A stretch of DNA of 64,000 nt. It comes from Podarcis muralis. Taxonomy: Eukaryota. The translations under genes and the position numbers were made by a program. The notes under the pieces are model-generated. The model saw only the letters and a list, made by a program, of their open reading frames with translations, was not told the DNA's origin and did not search any database. The number at the start of each line of letters is the position of its first letter. Within the stretch, counting starts at the first letter, position 1. The stretch is taken from contig NC_135659.1 of assembly GCF_964188315.1 (NCBI RefSeq), positions 53,072,001-53,136,000 on the forward strand, in the 5' to 3' direction. Below are positions 1 through 13,100 of the stretch, piece by piece.

Positions 1-859
1 ACAGAGGTATATTTAAGTAATACTGAGTGGGTAGGCAAGTACCATTGCTATGGGACACTCAAGATAGTTGGTGCAACACAGCATTCAGTTTTTTGCGGGG
101 AGAAGATTGCATATGATATTTTCTAAGACTTGTAAATGTCTTGCTTTTCATGAGATTGAAGGCTTGACTTAATACATATTTTTATCTCAATACTCCAATA
201 CTGCCTGTACTTCATTATTGTGGGAGCGGGGAAAGCTTATGATAGGTGGTATTGTTATATCCATTTGATAGATAAATGTGATAGAAAGAGAACCATGTAT
301 ATGGTCATCCAGCAAGCTCACGTCAGAGTTCAGCATATCCAACACACGGTCAAGCCGAGTGCCACCAGGGTTTTGAGTGCTAAAAGATTTGTGGTTGATG
401 GTGACAGCAGCAGTCTAGGATTGCTTTTCTTCCTCTTTCTCCCCTACCTTGCCATCACATACTGCAAGGCCTGTCTTCCATTGGCTTCACATTTCCTACC
501 TATCTTGTTCCTGACAAAAAGTCACAATTCCAGGTTATGCGATTTCTAAATCATGCCGAGTTATTGGATTCTGTTACTCTTCCCTCTCTTCATTTATTGT
601 GTCTTCCCTTACCCGAGTGTAATACAATAGCACATATTCCTTTCCTATAAATGACAATGGTCATATCTTCAGTTGGAAGGATTTTTTGAACTTCTGGTAG
701 GCTTCTTGCAACATAAACTGTCTGGTGTAATGCCTGATTATGTGCATGACAATTCACATTTCCTTCTGTAAATCTGTGGTACTACTTCCCACCCTAACCC
801 TGTCTTCAACACCTTTCTTCTGGTTGACTACCAATTTGCACAACTGATACAGTATAATA

Positions 860-1211
860 GGGACGCGGGTGGCGCTGTAGGTTAAACCACAGAGCCTAGG
901 ACTTGCCGATCAGAAGGTTGGTGGTTCGAATCCCTGCGATGGGGTGAGCTCCCATTGCTCGGTCCCAGCTCCTGCCAACCTAGCAGTTCGAAAGCACATC
1001 AAAGTGCAAGTAGATAAATAGGTACCGCTGCGGCGGGAAGGTAAACGGCGTTTCAGTGTGCTGCTCTGCTTTGCCAGAAGCAGCTTAGTCATGCTGGCCA
1101 CATGACCCGGAAGCTGTACGCCGGCTCCCTCGGCCAATAAAGCGAGATGAGTGCCGCAACCCCAGAGTCGGCCACAACTGGACCTAATGATCAGGGGTCC
1201 CCTTTACCTTT
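860..1211 (+). mobile_element. Sauria/Squam1-type tRNA-derived SINE, full length
   Basis: GGGACGCGGGTGGCGCTG head (A box), GTTCGAATCC B box and (CCTTTA)n tail. 13-bp TSD ATACAGTATAATA at 847-859 and 1212-1224. Confidence 0.9.
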
Positions 1212-3120
1212 ATACAGTATAATACTTACCCTCTCCCCTACTCTAGAGATACTGTCTGATTTAAACAGGTATGTTTTAGCAGGAGACAATGCTGCACTGA
1301 TACCGTGTGTGAATTGATTCCTGTTAAAAACATGCAAGTTTTGTTTGGAAAACACTGGGTGAAATATGAAGACTAAGTGTGCGCTAGAATGCAAAGCATG
1401 GTTTTCATAGCTATGTTGACACAAAGAAAAATACTAACATACCTTCTTGTAAAAAAAGAAAAGAAAAACCTTACCGTGTGATGCAGGCATGACATGAGCA
1501 CAAAGGATTGTTATGCTGCCTCAGAATCCAAGACATGACTGTAAACATAGCTAAAACATCCAATAAAACCTACATTGCCATTCTGCCTCTGTTCCATGAA
1601 CTTCCTCTGGTCTAGGAGTAATCTTCCAGCAAGTGCTAGACTCCGAAAGTCCCTTGGTGAGATGGTTTGTCAGCAGTGGGTTGTTCAGCAATCTTCTCTG
1701 ATCAGGACAACATCCTTATGGCATGTTCTCTAATTACATCTTCTGAAGTGCCTGTGTGTGCGTGCACCATGGGAAAAACTTCTCACCTGAGGGCAGCATT
1801 GCACCATTGTGGAGCAAAGACTTAACTATTAAGGAGTGTTTTAAGCACCTGTCAGAGGAAGATCACTCCTAGCTACCTAATAATTATCAAGAAAAAGATT
1901 GATTCACATCCGCTGCCATTGCCGGAAGAATTAGTGATGGACATACGGAAGAACATGGGATATGAATGATTTAGGCATTGTAGGCATGCATATTATTAAT
2001 TAGTTCATAGAAAGCATTACATGTAGCTTACTCTGAAGAGCATCTGCCTTGTTAAGGACTCCCCTCTGCTGATCTTCTAAAAAAGTTTCTAAAGCAGTTA
2101 CAGCAACTGGTGAATTGGTGAATTTCAGAAGGCTTTTGATTAGTAAATGCAAATAATTAAGAGAATAGTGAAACTACTTGACCCAGGATGCTGCAGAGTC
2201 TTGTTCTGATAAGTCAGGGAGCAATAACTTGAAGGGTATAGCTTATCACCAGCGCACCATAAATTGCTGAAGTGCTTTTGCTTTGTTGCTTCATGGAGGA
2301 CAGAAAACAAATGGTTGTGTTGTGAAAAGGATACGTTACTAAGGAGATTAGATTACAGAACAGTCAATGTTGGTATCCGAAAAGCAGAAGGCATATTATT
2401 GTTGCAAACACAGTCAGCTAGTTTCGTTGCATTTTCACTGGCTGTCAATATGCTTCCAACTTCCATTCAAGGCCCTGATGCATACCTGTCAAGTCATTTG
2501 CAGCCTGGACCCCACATATCTTAGGGAGTGCCTTTTTTATATTGTCCCCTATGTCAATAGCAACCTGCTTCACAGGCCCTGCTCTGAGTACCAACTCAAG
2601 CATATCATGGCAAGCATCAGTTGCCCCAAGGTGGAATTCCCCAAGGTCCATTATTCTCCCTCTCTTTTGGCATCTTGTGTGCGCATGCACATGTGCCTGC
2701 ATATGCAAATATATTTCTGTTTAGCCCTCAGTTCAGCTGACAGGTTTGTTTGTTTGTTTAATTAGATATGGGGAAGGATTGAGGACTCCTAGGTTGGGTG
2801 TGTAAGTAGGTTCACACCTGCAGTCAGCCATGCACAGATTTACTGTTCTGCAAATAGCTGGAAAAGCAACTCAGAAGAGAGCAATGGATCTGCCACAGAG
2901 TGTACCAACAGGGTCTCATCAATCAAAGTTTTGCTGCCAATGGGAAAAGATGCAGGCAATCCTTTATTTCCCAGACTAGCTCAGAGGACAGAGAATGTGT
3001 AGAGTTGAGACTTTCTTACATCAATGCTAGGCACAAGGGTCCTGTCTCCAACAGGATTTTTGCTTTGAGTTGAAACAGAGCTATGCTGTGCGGTAGAGAT
3101 ATGGCCTCACCTATGAGCAG

Positions 3121-3912
3121 CCTCAGATATGCAGATGACACAACCTTGATGGCAGAAAGTGAGGAGGAATTAAAGAACCTTTTAATGAGGGTGAAAGAGG
3201 AGAGCGCAAAATATGGTCTGAAGCTCAACATCAAAAAAACGAAGATCATGGCCACTGGTCCCATCACCTCCTGGCAAATAGAAGGGGAAGAAATGGAGGC
3301 AGTGAGAGATTTTATTTTCTTGGGCTCCATGATCACTGCAGATGGTGACAGCAGTCACGAAATTAAAAGACGCCTGCTCCTTGGGAGAAAGGCGATGGCA
3401 AATCTAGACAACATCTTAAAAAGTAGAGACATCACCTTACCAACAAAGGTCCGTATAGTTAAAGCCATGGTTTTCCCAGTAGTGATGTATGGAAGTGAGA
3501 GCTGGACCATAAAGAAGGCTGATCGCCGAAGAATTGATGCTTTTGAATTATGGTGCTGGAGGAGACTGTTGAGAGTCCCATGGACTGCAAGAAGATCAAA
3601 CGCATCCATTCTTAAGGAAATCAGACCTGAGTGCTCACTGGAAGGACAGATCGTGAAGTTGAGGCTCCAATACTTTGGCCACCTCATGAGAAGAGAAGAC
3701 TCCCTGGAAAAGACCCTGATGTTGGGAAAGATGGAGGGCACTAGGAGAAGGGGACGACAGAGGATGAGATGGTTGGATAGTGTTCTCGAAGCTACAAACA
3801 TGAGCCTGACCAAACTGCGGGAGGCAGTGAAAGACAGGAGTGCCTGGCGTGCTCTGGTCCATGGGGTCACGAAGAGTCGGACACGACTAAACGACTAAAC
3901 AACAACAACAAC
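3121..3912 (+). mobile_element. 5'-truncated RTE/Bov-B LINE (RT C-terminal part plus 3' tail)
   Basis: Open frame LRYADDTTLMAESEEEL...KSRTRLND (RT YADD motif) with a (CAA)n tail. TSD ATGAGCAGCC at 3113-3122 and 3913-3922, overlapping the 5' end by microhomology. Confidence 0.95.
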
Positions 3913-4155
3913 ATGAGCAGCCAGCTTTTCCCCTGGTGCTCTGCATGTTTTTTCACTTGTTTCTCCTGTTTGGAGACTTGCAACGTATTAGCAAGAGGCA
4001 GACAAATCTGGTCTGACTTGTTTATTGTTTCCTTTCCTTATCCAGAATCAGAGGTGCTAAAACAAAAACAAAGAACCCAAAGGGTCAGGGTAGGAGTGGG
4101 TCCTTCTCTAGAGATGCAGAGAAGATTAGCTAAGTTTGGGTGTCTTCTGCACATG

Positions 4156-7100
4156 TCATTGTGATTGTCCACCGCTGCTTCTGTCCAGTTCTAGCAAGGG
4201 AAGTTTCGAACCTGATGTAGGCCGAACTGCAAGAGCTTTTTCCTGCCCTTGCATTTGGTCTTGGAGGTACTTGATTTCCAACCGCTGCATTTCAATGATC
4301 CTCTCCGTTTCCTCCTCTGGATTCAACCGTAGGATGGTTGGAGTGTGCCGTTCAGGGGAGGGAGCTGGAGGAAATGGAAAAATCACATTGCTTGGTTGTA
4401 ACTGTAGAAAATACCTCAAAGAGATGAGCCAGGATGAGGGATAGCCATGAACACAACAGAAAGGATAAAAGGAAAACAGGGGTTGGAATTATTGGGCAAT
4501 TTCCAAGGTCTACACCAAAGAACAAGGCCCACTGACAGTTCCTGGACACTTCACGACACTCCTGGACACTGCCTCTCTAAGCAGTAAGGAAGCAGTGAGA
4601 GGAGCTAAAGAACCTCTGCATGTTTTTATCCAATCTACCTCTCTCTAGGAGGTGGTTGGCTAACTTAGGGAGTGGGGGCTCACTAACAGCATCTTGTTCA
4701 ATCCTCCTTGCAGAAAAGTAGAACTGAAACTTAGGCTTTTGCTTTGCTCACAACCAGTTGTTTTGCAAAGACAACTGTTACTGTGTTAATCCCAGAGCAA
4801 TATGACTATAAAGTACGTAAGGTGCATTTTAAAATTGGATCAGCATCTACAATAGCAGCAGAACATAATCTTTTAGATAATACAAAATACCAAAGTGAGT
4901 GTAGAACATGAGAGACTTACACATGCCAGCCAACTTTTGATCAACCCCTCCCACTAGCAATACAGCACCGCCAACAGCTGCATGTCGCCCTTGGGAACAA
5001 AACAGTTGCCCACCCCTGTTCTAGGGAAAAGGGGCCAAAAGGAAAGAAATGGAAACATTTTCTGGGAAAGAGCAGAAGGGGAAAGTGAGCTGAATAACAA
5101 CTTGGTTACCTAGGGATTGTGCTGGTTGCTTCTTGCGTTTCATAAGGAGCCCCAAGGTTGACTGGAGGTCAAGAACTTGAGTACGGGTGACCTTCAGTTC
5201 TCTCCGCAGCTCATTTATTTCCTTGATGAGGCTCACATTTTCCTACAGAAACAAGATGTAGTATAGCTAAGGTGATAGGAAATTTACTGTCTATACACCA
5301 AAAAGAAATTGCTGACATTGTGGAAAAGCATACTGATATGCAGAACAAGACCAAGAGCTAAACAAAGCAGATGCTTTGGGTATAAAGGTATGGAGGATGC
5401 CTCTTGTGTTCTCCATATTTGCCAGGTATGCATTGCCTATCTATTAAAACAAAACAGGGGTTCTCCTGAGCTCTGCAGAGCCAATTTAGGGGGGCACATG
5501 GGAAAGCCCAGTTGTGCCAGTAGAAGTTCTTGTGTAGGGCTTCTGCTGATGGGACTCGTTAGGTGAATCCCACCCACAGTACTTTTCAAATCCACATTTG
5601 AAATTCATTATTTAAACTGAAATTTCTGGACCTTCTGGACCTGGGAATGGAGCAAATAGAACTTTTTTCTTATAGCAGTTTAGAAGAGTGGACCTGCCCA
5701 GTTCCCCTCACAGTGCTAGTACCTGCATGATGCGCACATAGTCTGCACGATGTACCTCGCCTTCTTTTATCACCTTCTTTTTCAGTGTTGCCAGGTTGCG
5801 CTCAAGATGCTCTCGCTGCCGTGTGTACTCTTGATGCAAGTCTGTGTCAACGCCAACAATTTCCACCTGATGGAGCAAATGAAGTGAGCTCAAAGGAAGT
5901 ATGGTGGGTATCTGCTGCTGAGAGAGAAGAACTTTCACTTACCATATCTGCCTTCTGCACATACTTTTCATAGATATCCCGGATGCTCTCCTTCAGTTTC
6001 TTGGGTTCCTGGATGAGGCCTACACAGTTGTGAAGATCTGTTTTAAATCGCTTGACAAGTGCTTCCATGTCTCGTTCCTGCAGTCAGAGGAACACCAAAG
6101 CTTGATGCAGCAGAATACATTGCCTGTTGGTGAGGCTTCCTTGCTCTGGCTCAAATTACATCTCACAAATTGTCTGTGGGACAAATACTGGCCAGAGGGT
6201 ACCCAACCTATCGGGACCCCGTTAAACATTTCAAATCCCACAGTACTTCTTCATCACTTGAATTTCCAGCTCTACATAGCTTGCTAACCGACAGCTGAAT
6301 GTATAAGTTGTCTTCAGGAAAAAGCAGAGCATTCAGTTTTAGGAGATACAAAATAATGTGAAAGCCTGAAATGAAATTGTTGTTTTACATATGCAAGTCA
6401 TCAAGTCATGGACAGGCTTGTGCAAAGTCACCTATTAAATTATTATATTAGAGCAGCCCCAACACATTTGTCATTACCTTTGCTTTGATGTGAAATTTAA
6501 ACACTAGATTCAGTGGAAGAAAATTTCAATTACCATTACAGAATCATAAAGATGGAAGGAAACTTTAGAGCTCATCTTAGTCTGTATATGACACCCTAAA
6601 GAAGGACCAGTTATAATTTGGTGTACCACTTTTTTCAGCTGCCATTTGACACACCTTTTGCATCTCTTTGTGCATCTCCCGGTCTGTGGCTTTCAGTTTT
6701 AGCCGTAGCTCTGATATGTTCAGTTCCAGTTGTGTGTTCTGCTTGTGGAAACGTTCCAGCTCTCCTTCCATCTGCACAGATGCATGAGACGAGAAGAGGT
6801 TTTAAAGGAGGCCTGTGGCCTGCTATGGTTTTCAAGCTGGCTCAGCTTCAGGGCTGGGAGTGGGCTGCCTAAACTGCTTCTCACCTCCTGGATCTGCTCC
6901 TTCATAGCTTTGATATCATTCTCACGCGGCTCTATTTGCTTCTTCAACTCCTTTATTTTATAATCTAGTACAAATTTGAACTTCTCCAGTTCTTGGTTTT
7001 TTTTCTTTAGATCGTAAATTCGCTTCTCCTGGGACAAATAAAATAGAGACATGAGGTGAGTGGGGATCTCTTACAACTTCAGCCCTACATCAGTGGAGTC

Positions 7101-10100
7101 AAGAGACAATGTGTGGGAAGGTGGCATATGAGGAGGAAAAAGGAAAAGTGCCAGAAATATCAGAGAAGGGATAATGAATTCTAAGAATTCAGAGCCTTTG
7201 TAGATTTGGACAGCAAAATCCAGCTGGGGGTAGAGGGGTGGGAAAGGAGCATAGATCCAAGCACCTCACCTTGTCTTGAATGGTCTCATCTCTTTCTTGA
7301 ATCTCTCTCTTCAGCCCCTGGATGTCCTTCTCTAAGGCTTTAATGATTCCTTGCAACTTTTGCTGCTCCACCTTCATTGCCTCAATGTCACTGCAGCGCT
7401 CTTCAATCTCTTTCTGCAGACTGTTGAACTAGAGAAAAAAGCATAAGGTATCTTTCAGTCTGAAGCCAGTGTCTCACCCAGCAACAGCTCCATGAGAACT
7501 GCTGACAAGAATCAGTGAAAGCTACATGGTGGGCATCTCCATATCCCTGCACAGCTGATGCCTTCAGGAAGCAGAGTTGATCATGGCCCATCAACTGATG
7601 GACAGTGAGTTCAAACCTGCAGGATTGGCTGTGCAACCAAATCTCTAATGGGAAACTCGGTCAAACAGCTGATCCTTGCAGAAAGGAGCTTTGCCAACCC
7701 TATACTGGGTGCTTGGAAAATGCTGAGCATGCCAAGCACTTTACACAGAACTTCCCAAACACCTAATAGGCAGATGGATATTGGGAAGCACTGCATAAGG
7801 GAGTTGGACAGGTGGGTGGGATGACCCACCTGTCAATCATCTGACAATTAAAGAAAAACAAGCATGCAAGGGCCATTTGTACAATTAACATAACATTTAA
7901 TTTGGCCCTTTGCTAGCATTCCAGCGTTTAGATAAAACCTTGCATTTTAGGAAATAATTTTACATTAGATGTAAAACAGATTTTTGTTGACATTTCTGTG
8001 ACACTGTTTCAATAGACAGTTGGGTATTAAAATTTGTGTTGCTTTTTATAATTTTAATCTACTCTTATTATCTATTTTATTGTCATTTTGTTAGCAGAGA
8101 AAGTGGTATATACATCTTGAAATAAATGATCACAAACCAGAAATCTGATAGCCTGAAACAGGTGAGCATACCTTCTTCCTCATGATTCCTGTCTCCCCTT
8201 TTAGCCGCAAATTTGATTCTCTTTCCTCACGAAGTCGCCTCTCATACTTAATTTTTATGTCCTGGATTTCTCGATCCTCATCTTCTTCAATTTGTTTCTT
8301 AGTTTCCTCAAATTCTCGGAGCTGAGTTCTTGATTCATCTTGAGCCTGAAAGTTAGGAAGGAGAAAAGTAAAAAGGAGGAGTTAAAGGAGCCAGACTGTT
8401 AAGGGATCAGACTGAAATGATTGCCTGGGAGAGGCAAGACCCTGGGCTAGTTTGGAGATGAGGCAGATTGACACAAGCTCTCCGGGGATGGCAATGCAGC
8501 AACATGATGTTACAGTGCTGGAGGCTTAATTACATGTTACAAAAGCACTGAATGACCCAGTTCATAAATTAGTGGTGGGTAAGTGGATCTGACCAGTGCA
8601 CCAGATTTTTACCTCCACCAACCTTGCAGGTGAACTCTGACAGGTGGGCGAGTCTGGATATTAAAAAGCATATGTATGGAAAGGTGAATGATAGAAACAT
8701 CCAGCTACTTATGTCACTCTGAGTACAGTAAGGATGAAAAAATGAGAGTTTGGAGCTGTCATTGACTTCAGCCAGAAAGGACAGGTGAGTAGGGTTGAGA
8801 ATAATCTACTTGAAGAGTACTTTAAATTAGAATCTCTGTAGTTGTGAAACTTGCTTAGTAGGATCCAGTAGAGTGGCTCTTTTTTTTAAGGGGGGGGTGT
8901 TATTGGAATGTTGTTTTTATTTTGATTATATATTTTGTGGTTTTTATGTTGATCTTTTCTGTGAACCAGCCTGAGAGCTTCCCGCCTGCATTCGCTCCAT
9001 AAGATGCACACACATTTCCCCTTACTTTTTAGGAGGGGGAAAGTGTGTTTCATAGAGCGAAAAATACGGTATGAATGTTGTCATACAGAGACTTTTTGTT
9101 GGCGTGGTTTACTTTTACTTTTTGAAATATGGCAATCCTATCTAAGCCAGAAACAGGTCAGCCTGCCTAGGGGTTTTATCTGAGAGAACTGTAAGTTAAA
9201 CGCAGTAACATGTGGCACTCAGGGAAGAAGAAGACTGGAAAGATCTGTGTTTGGGATGGGAGATGGTTGCCTAATCAGGAGGGGCAAGGACAAGAGTGTA
9301 CACAGATCAGAGCTCAACTTCAGAGCACAGCTAGTGGAAGTCAGAAGAGCGATGAAGGGCTGAATCGGTAGTAACTTCAAGCATTGTAGAACTGCGCCCA
9401 TCCTTAAAAAGAAATAAAAATGAAACCATCACAGCTCATACCTCTTCCAGCTGAGTGGTTTTCTCAAGCAGCTTTGCCTCATAATATTCTGTCAGCTCCT
9501 CCAGCGCCTGGTTTTTGTGCTCTTCCATTTCATGAAGCTGCTTCTCATAGTCCTCCTGCATGCGTTGGGATTTCATCTGAAGCTCCTGGTACTTCTCAAA
9601 CTCCAGCAGAAGCTTCTGGTTATTGCCAGATTCTGACCCAAAGAGAGAGTTAAAAAACAAATTAATGTGGGTGGGTGGGTGGGTGGGTAGGGAGATGTAT
9701 TAAAAAGTAAGGTATGTCTTGTCCTCTCCCAGATATCCTTAGTCTTAGGGAGCCGTTTTAGACCCCACATCTTGGTGCCTGCTCACTTCTCTCTCCTCTA
9801 GCTCATACTATTCCTTAATCACTAGCTTTGAAGCCCCATTTGCACACTCTTTACAGGTGCGTCTACATCAGAACTCCATACTCAGTAGTTCTGGCTTTTT
9901 AGGCACAAAAGAAAATACTGGGGGATTAACTTCTGTATGCCATCCCCCCAAAAGTGGGAATGATGTGACGTGCATAATGCTGTGCAGATGCTAAGATGAT
10001 ACAGACTACTCCACTTGTGGTGGCTTTGCAATGACAGTAATATACTGATGGCCATGGAAGAAGTGTGCAGTAAAACCTTGTTTCTTGGTGGCTTACAGAG

Positions 10101-13100
10101 ATAAAACGCTTTAAAAAGGTATCTCCCGTTTTCAGAAAGTTACCTACCTTACTATGCCCTGCTTATCTATTGCCCCTTTATGTTCTTCTTTATTAGGTTT
10201 GCTCATTTCTTCCTGCCTTTATTGGCAGGGAGATATAATTATAATTAAAAAGATGAGTTAATTCCAGTTACATTCAAGCAAATTATTGTCAATATGCCTA
10301 TGTACTCAATCCTCTAAGTTGCCCCTTTGCCATGACCGACAAACACTCAGCACGGGAAAGGTTTTCTTTCTTCATCTTTCACCATAGGGACTGAAGCCCT
10401 TTCTCACAGTCTGCAGGAAAGTGTGACTTAAAGTCCTCCTAACCTAGGTCTTGCACCTCTCTTGCCTGCTTCTCTGTTAGTTCTGCAACTTGTTCCTGGT
10501 GCTGTGCTTCCTGCTTTTCTTTATCTGCTTTCAAAACCTGAAATACACAGAGATGAGAATTACACCTGAAACTAGGCATACCAACCTTCAAATCCCTCAG
10601 GTGACTGCATGATGGGAAAAAGAAGACACAATAATGCTGAGAGTTGTAGTTATTTGCTCACCTGGTTTTTGGTTTTCAGTGATTCCATTTCCTGGATGAA
10701 TTTCTCAGTTAGTTCTTTAATCTTTTCATTATAATTCATGTCCTTGAGGCGCAGCTGGTACTCATTTTCCATCTTCAGTTCCTCTACACGTGTTTTTAGT
10801 TCTAACATGATCTGAGTCTGCAGGGTAAGGAATCATAAGAAAAGAAGTTGGTGGCAAAACATTCAGATATGCAAATTAAATAAAAATCTACTGTACACAG
10901 TATCTTGCCAGATCCATATTTTAGGGCTGTTTCATATGTTAAATTTGTCATGGATACACACAAGGCATTTCAGGTGGAATTCAAAATGGTGGCCTTCAAA
11001 TCGTTCCATTAGTGCAAGCATTCTAGCATGCCATGCAGAACAATGCCCCCTCTCTTCCCCCTGAATGCTATTCTGGGGGGGTTCTCCCAACCCCCACCGA
11101 GCCCATTTCAAGCAGGTGGGGGAAGAAGCCCTACTGCGCAAGCAGAAGTCCTTGCACAGGACTTCCACTGATGGGTGCTAGGTGAATCCTGCCCTTCACG
11201 TTTATATGAAAAACGATGATATATAAAGACAGCATATATTGTATCTGGCCATATATATGCATTTCCTATAACATGTGAAGTAGGTTTCAGGACAGGGAGC
11301 AATGTAGCTCATGAGCTCTATTTTAAGTGTACAGTGTTTGATTCTTGTATTATAAGGCTAATTCAAACCTGCTGTCTCCTCTCTACTAGGGCCATGATAT
11401 GTACTGGGTAAGTGCTGCCCCCATGGAGATAAAGCACATTTGGGTTAGTTGACACAAAGTCTTCTGATGTGTTCTCTTCCCATTTCAAAACTCATCCGTA
11501 CTGACCTTCTCTTCCATGTCTGTTCTAGTGATCAATACTTCATCAGAGTATGGCACATCTCTCTCCCTTTTCAACCCCCGCCCTTCTTTGTCATAAACTT
11601 TCCAGATAAATATGCAGCCATCCTCTGCAGATGTTAGTAGGAACTGATCATCAGCTGTTATGGACATCTGTGGAGAAAAAAAGGCATATGGAACTCCAAT
11701 AAAACACAGTTGGAGAGTCAGAGAAAAGAAAGGGCAGTTGGCAGAATCAGAAGAAGATGCTCCGGGTGGATTAATAAGGATCAATTATTTTAAAAATATA
11801 TCCATCTCTTTGCCTCTAGTGATATCTCTTCTTCTCCACTTTCCCCATTTTGCTCCAAGCATTCCCCTTGCCATTTGTCAGGCTACTGTCCATTCCTCAG
11901 AATCCATTTAATTAACAACTTGTCCTTGTTTTCAGTGGCTTTCCCATTCACTCTCATTATCAATCTCAGTCTTATCTTTTTAATGAGGCACAGTAGCAGA
12001 CTGATTTTAAACATGACACCAAGAAGCACAGTCACCCTCACGCCCTTGCTCTCAACATTACTGGAACCTATGGTGAAAGCATAAGTGATAAACAAGCCTT
12101 CTGGATGAAATAACATTTTAAAAATAGTACTGTACAGCAACAATGCTGTAAATGTTGCACTCCAGCGTCTGAGAAGCTAGCAACCCAGAGAGATTTCCCC
12201 TACACTCTCCCAGCTACATACACTCAGCTTGGAAGACTCCGAGAATGAGGCTGATGGGTGTACTGTTTAGGTAGAACTCATTCTCATTACTTTCCTCATT
12301 ACTGTGATTAGAGACTCTGTTGTCTATTGTCATTCTTATTAAGCTACTTTGATACACAATAAATATATCATATTTAGATATGCCCATTTGTGGCTCATTG
12401 CGTGATATACGGTGTGCCTCCTTTCATTATTTGTTGCTGCAGACTCAGAAAAAGAAGGGATAAATAAAGGCTATGGCAATTAAGTTGACCTGGAGACTGA
12501 CTTGGCCTTTACCTTGGTGACTGGACCAGCATGGGCTTGGTATTCATTGTATTCCTTGTGCACAGGTAGTGGGTATTTCATGGACCGAATGGTACCTGCA
12601 GAGGTTCCGGCGAACACCATGCGTCCAGAATGAGATACCACTATGAAAGTGTAGGCAACTTCAAAAGTGGGCACTTCTCGCAGTATCTGAAAGAAAGGAC
12701 ACCCACCATGCTTTTAGCAAGTCACTCAGCAAGGATTAAATTTGCACTGGAAAGTGGCAGAGGGTACACAAATCCATTATTCATTCTCTCCACTGTGAAT
12801 GTCCTGTTATCCTCTCAACGCCTCAAGAGTCATGAATTTCCCTCTCAACTTCATAACTGGGAAGAAACCCACAATTTTTGGCAACCAAGGCAAGGTATAG
12901 ATTCCATAGATGGCTATACTCTTATAGAGAAGAAGGAAACTATGAACACAACTGTCACTACATGGCATAGGCAACCACTGGTGTTAAAAGCTGGAGGGCA
13001 AGCCACAGCCACTGGCGGAGGAAGAGGAGTGCGGGGGGAGCGCACCACCCCTGGGAGCGCAATCCCAGTAGGGTGCCATTTTGGCTGCCCCCCACCCCCG

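Noticed and set aside
3355-3870. 171-aa minus-strand ORF
   Set aside because: Antisense shadow of the Bov-B reverse-transcriptase frame.
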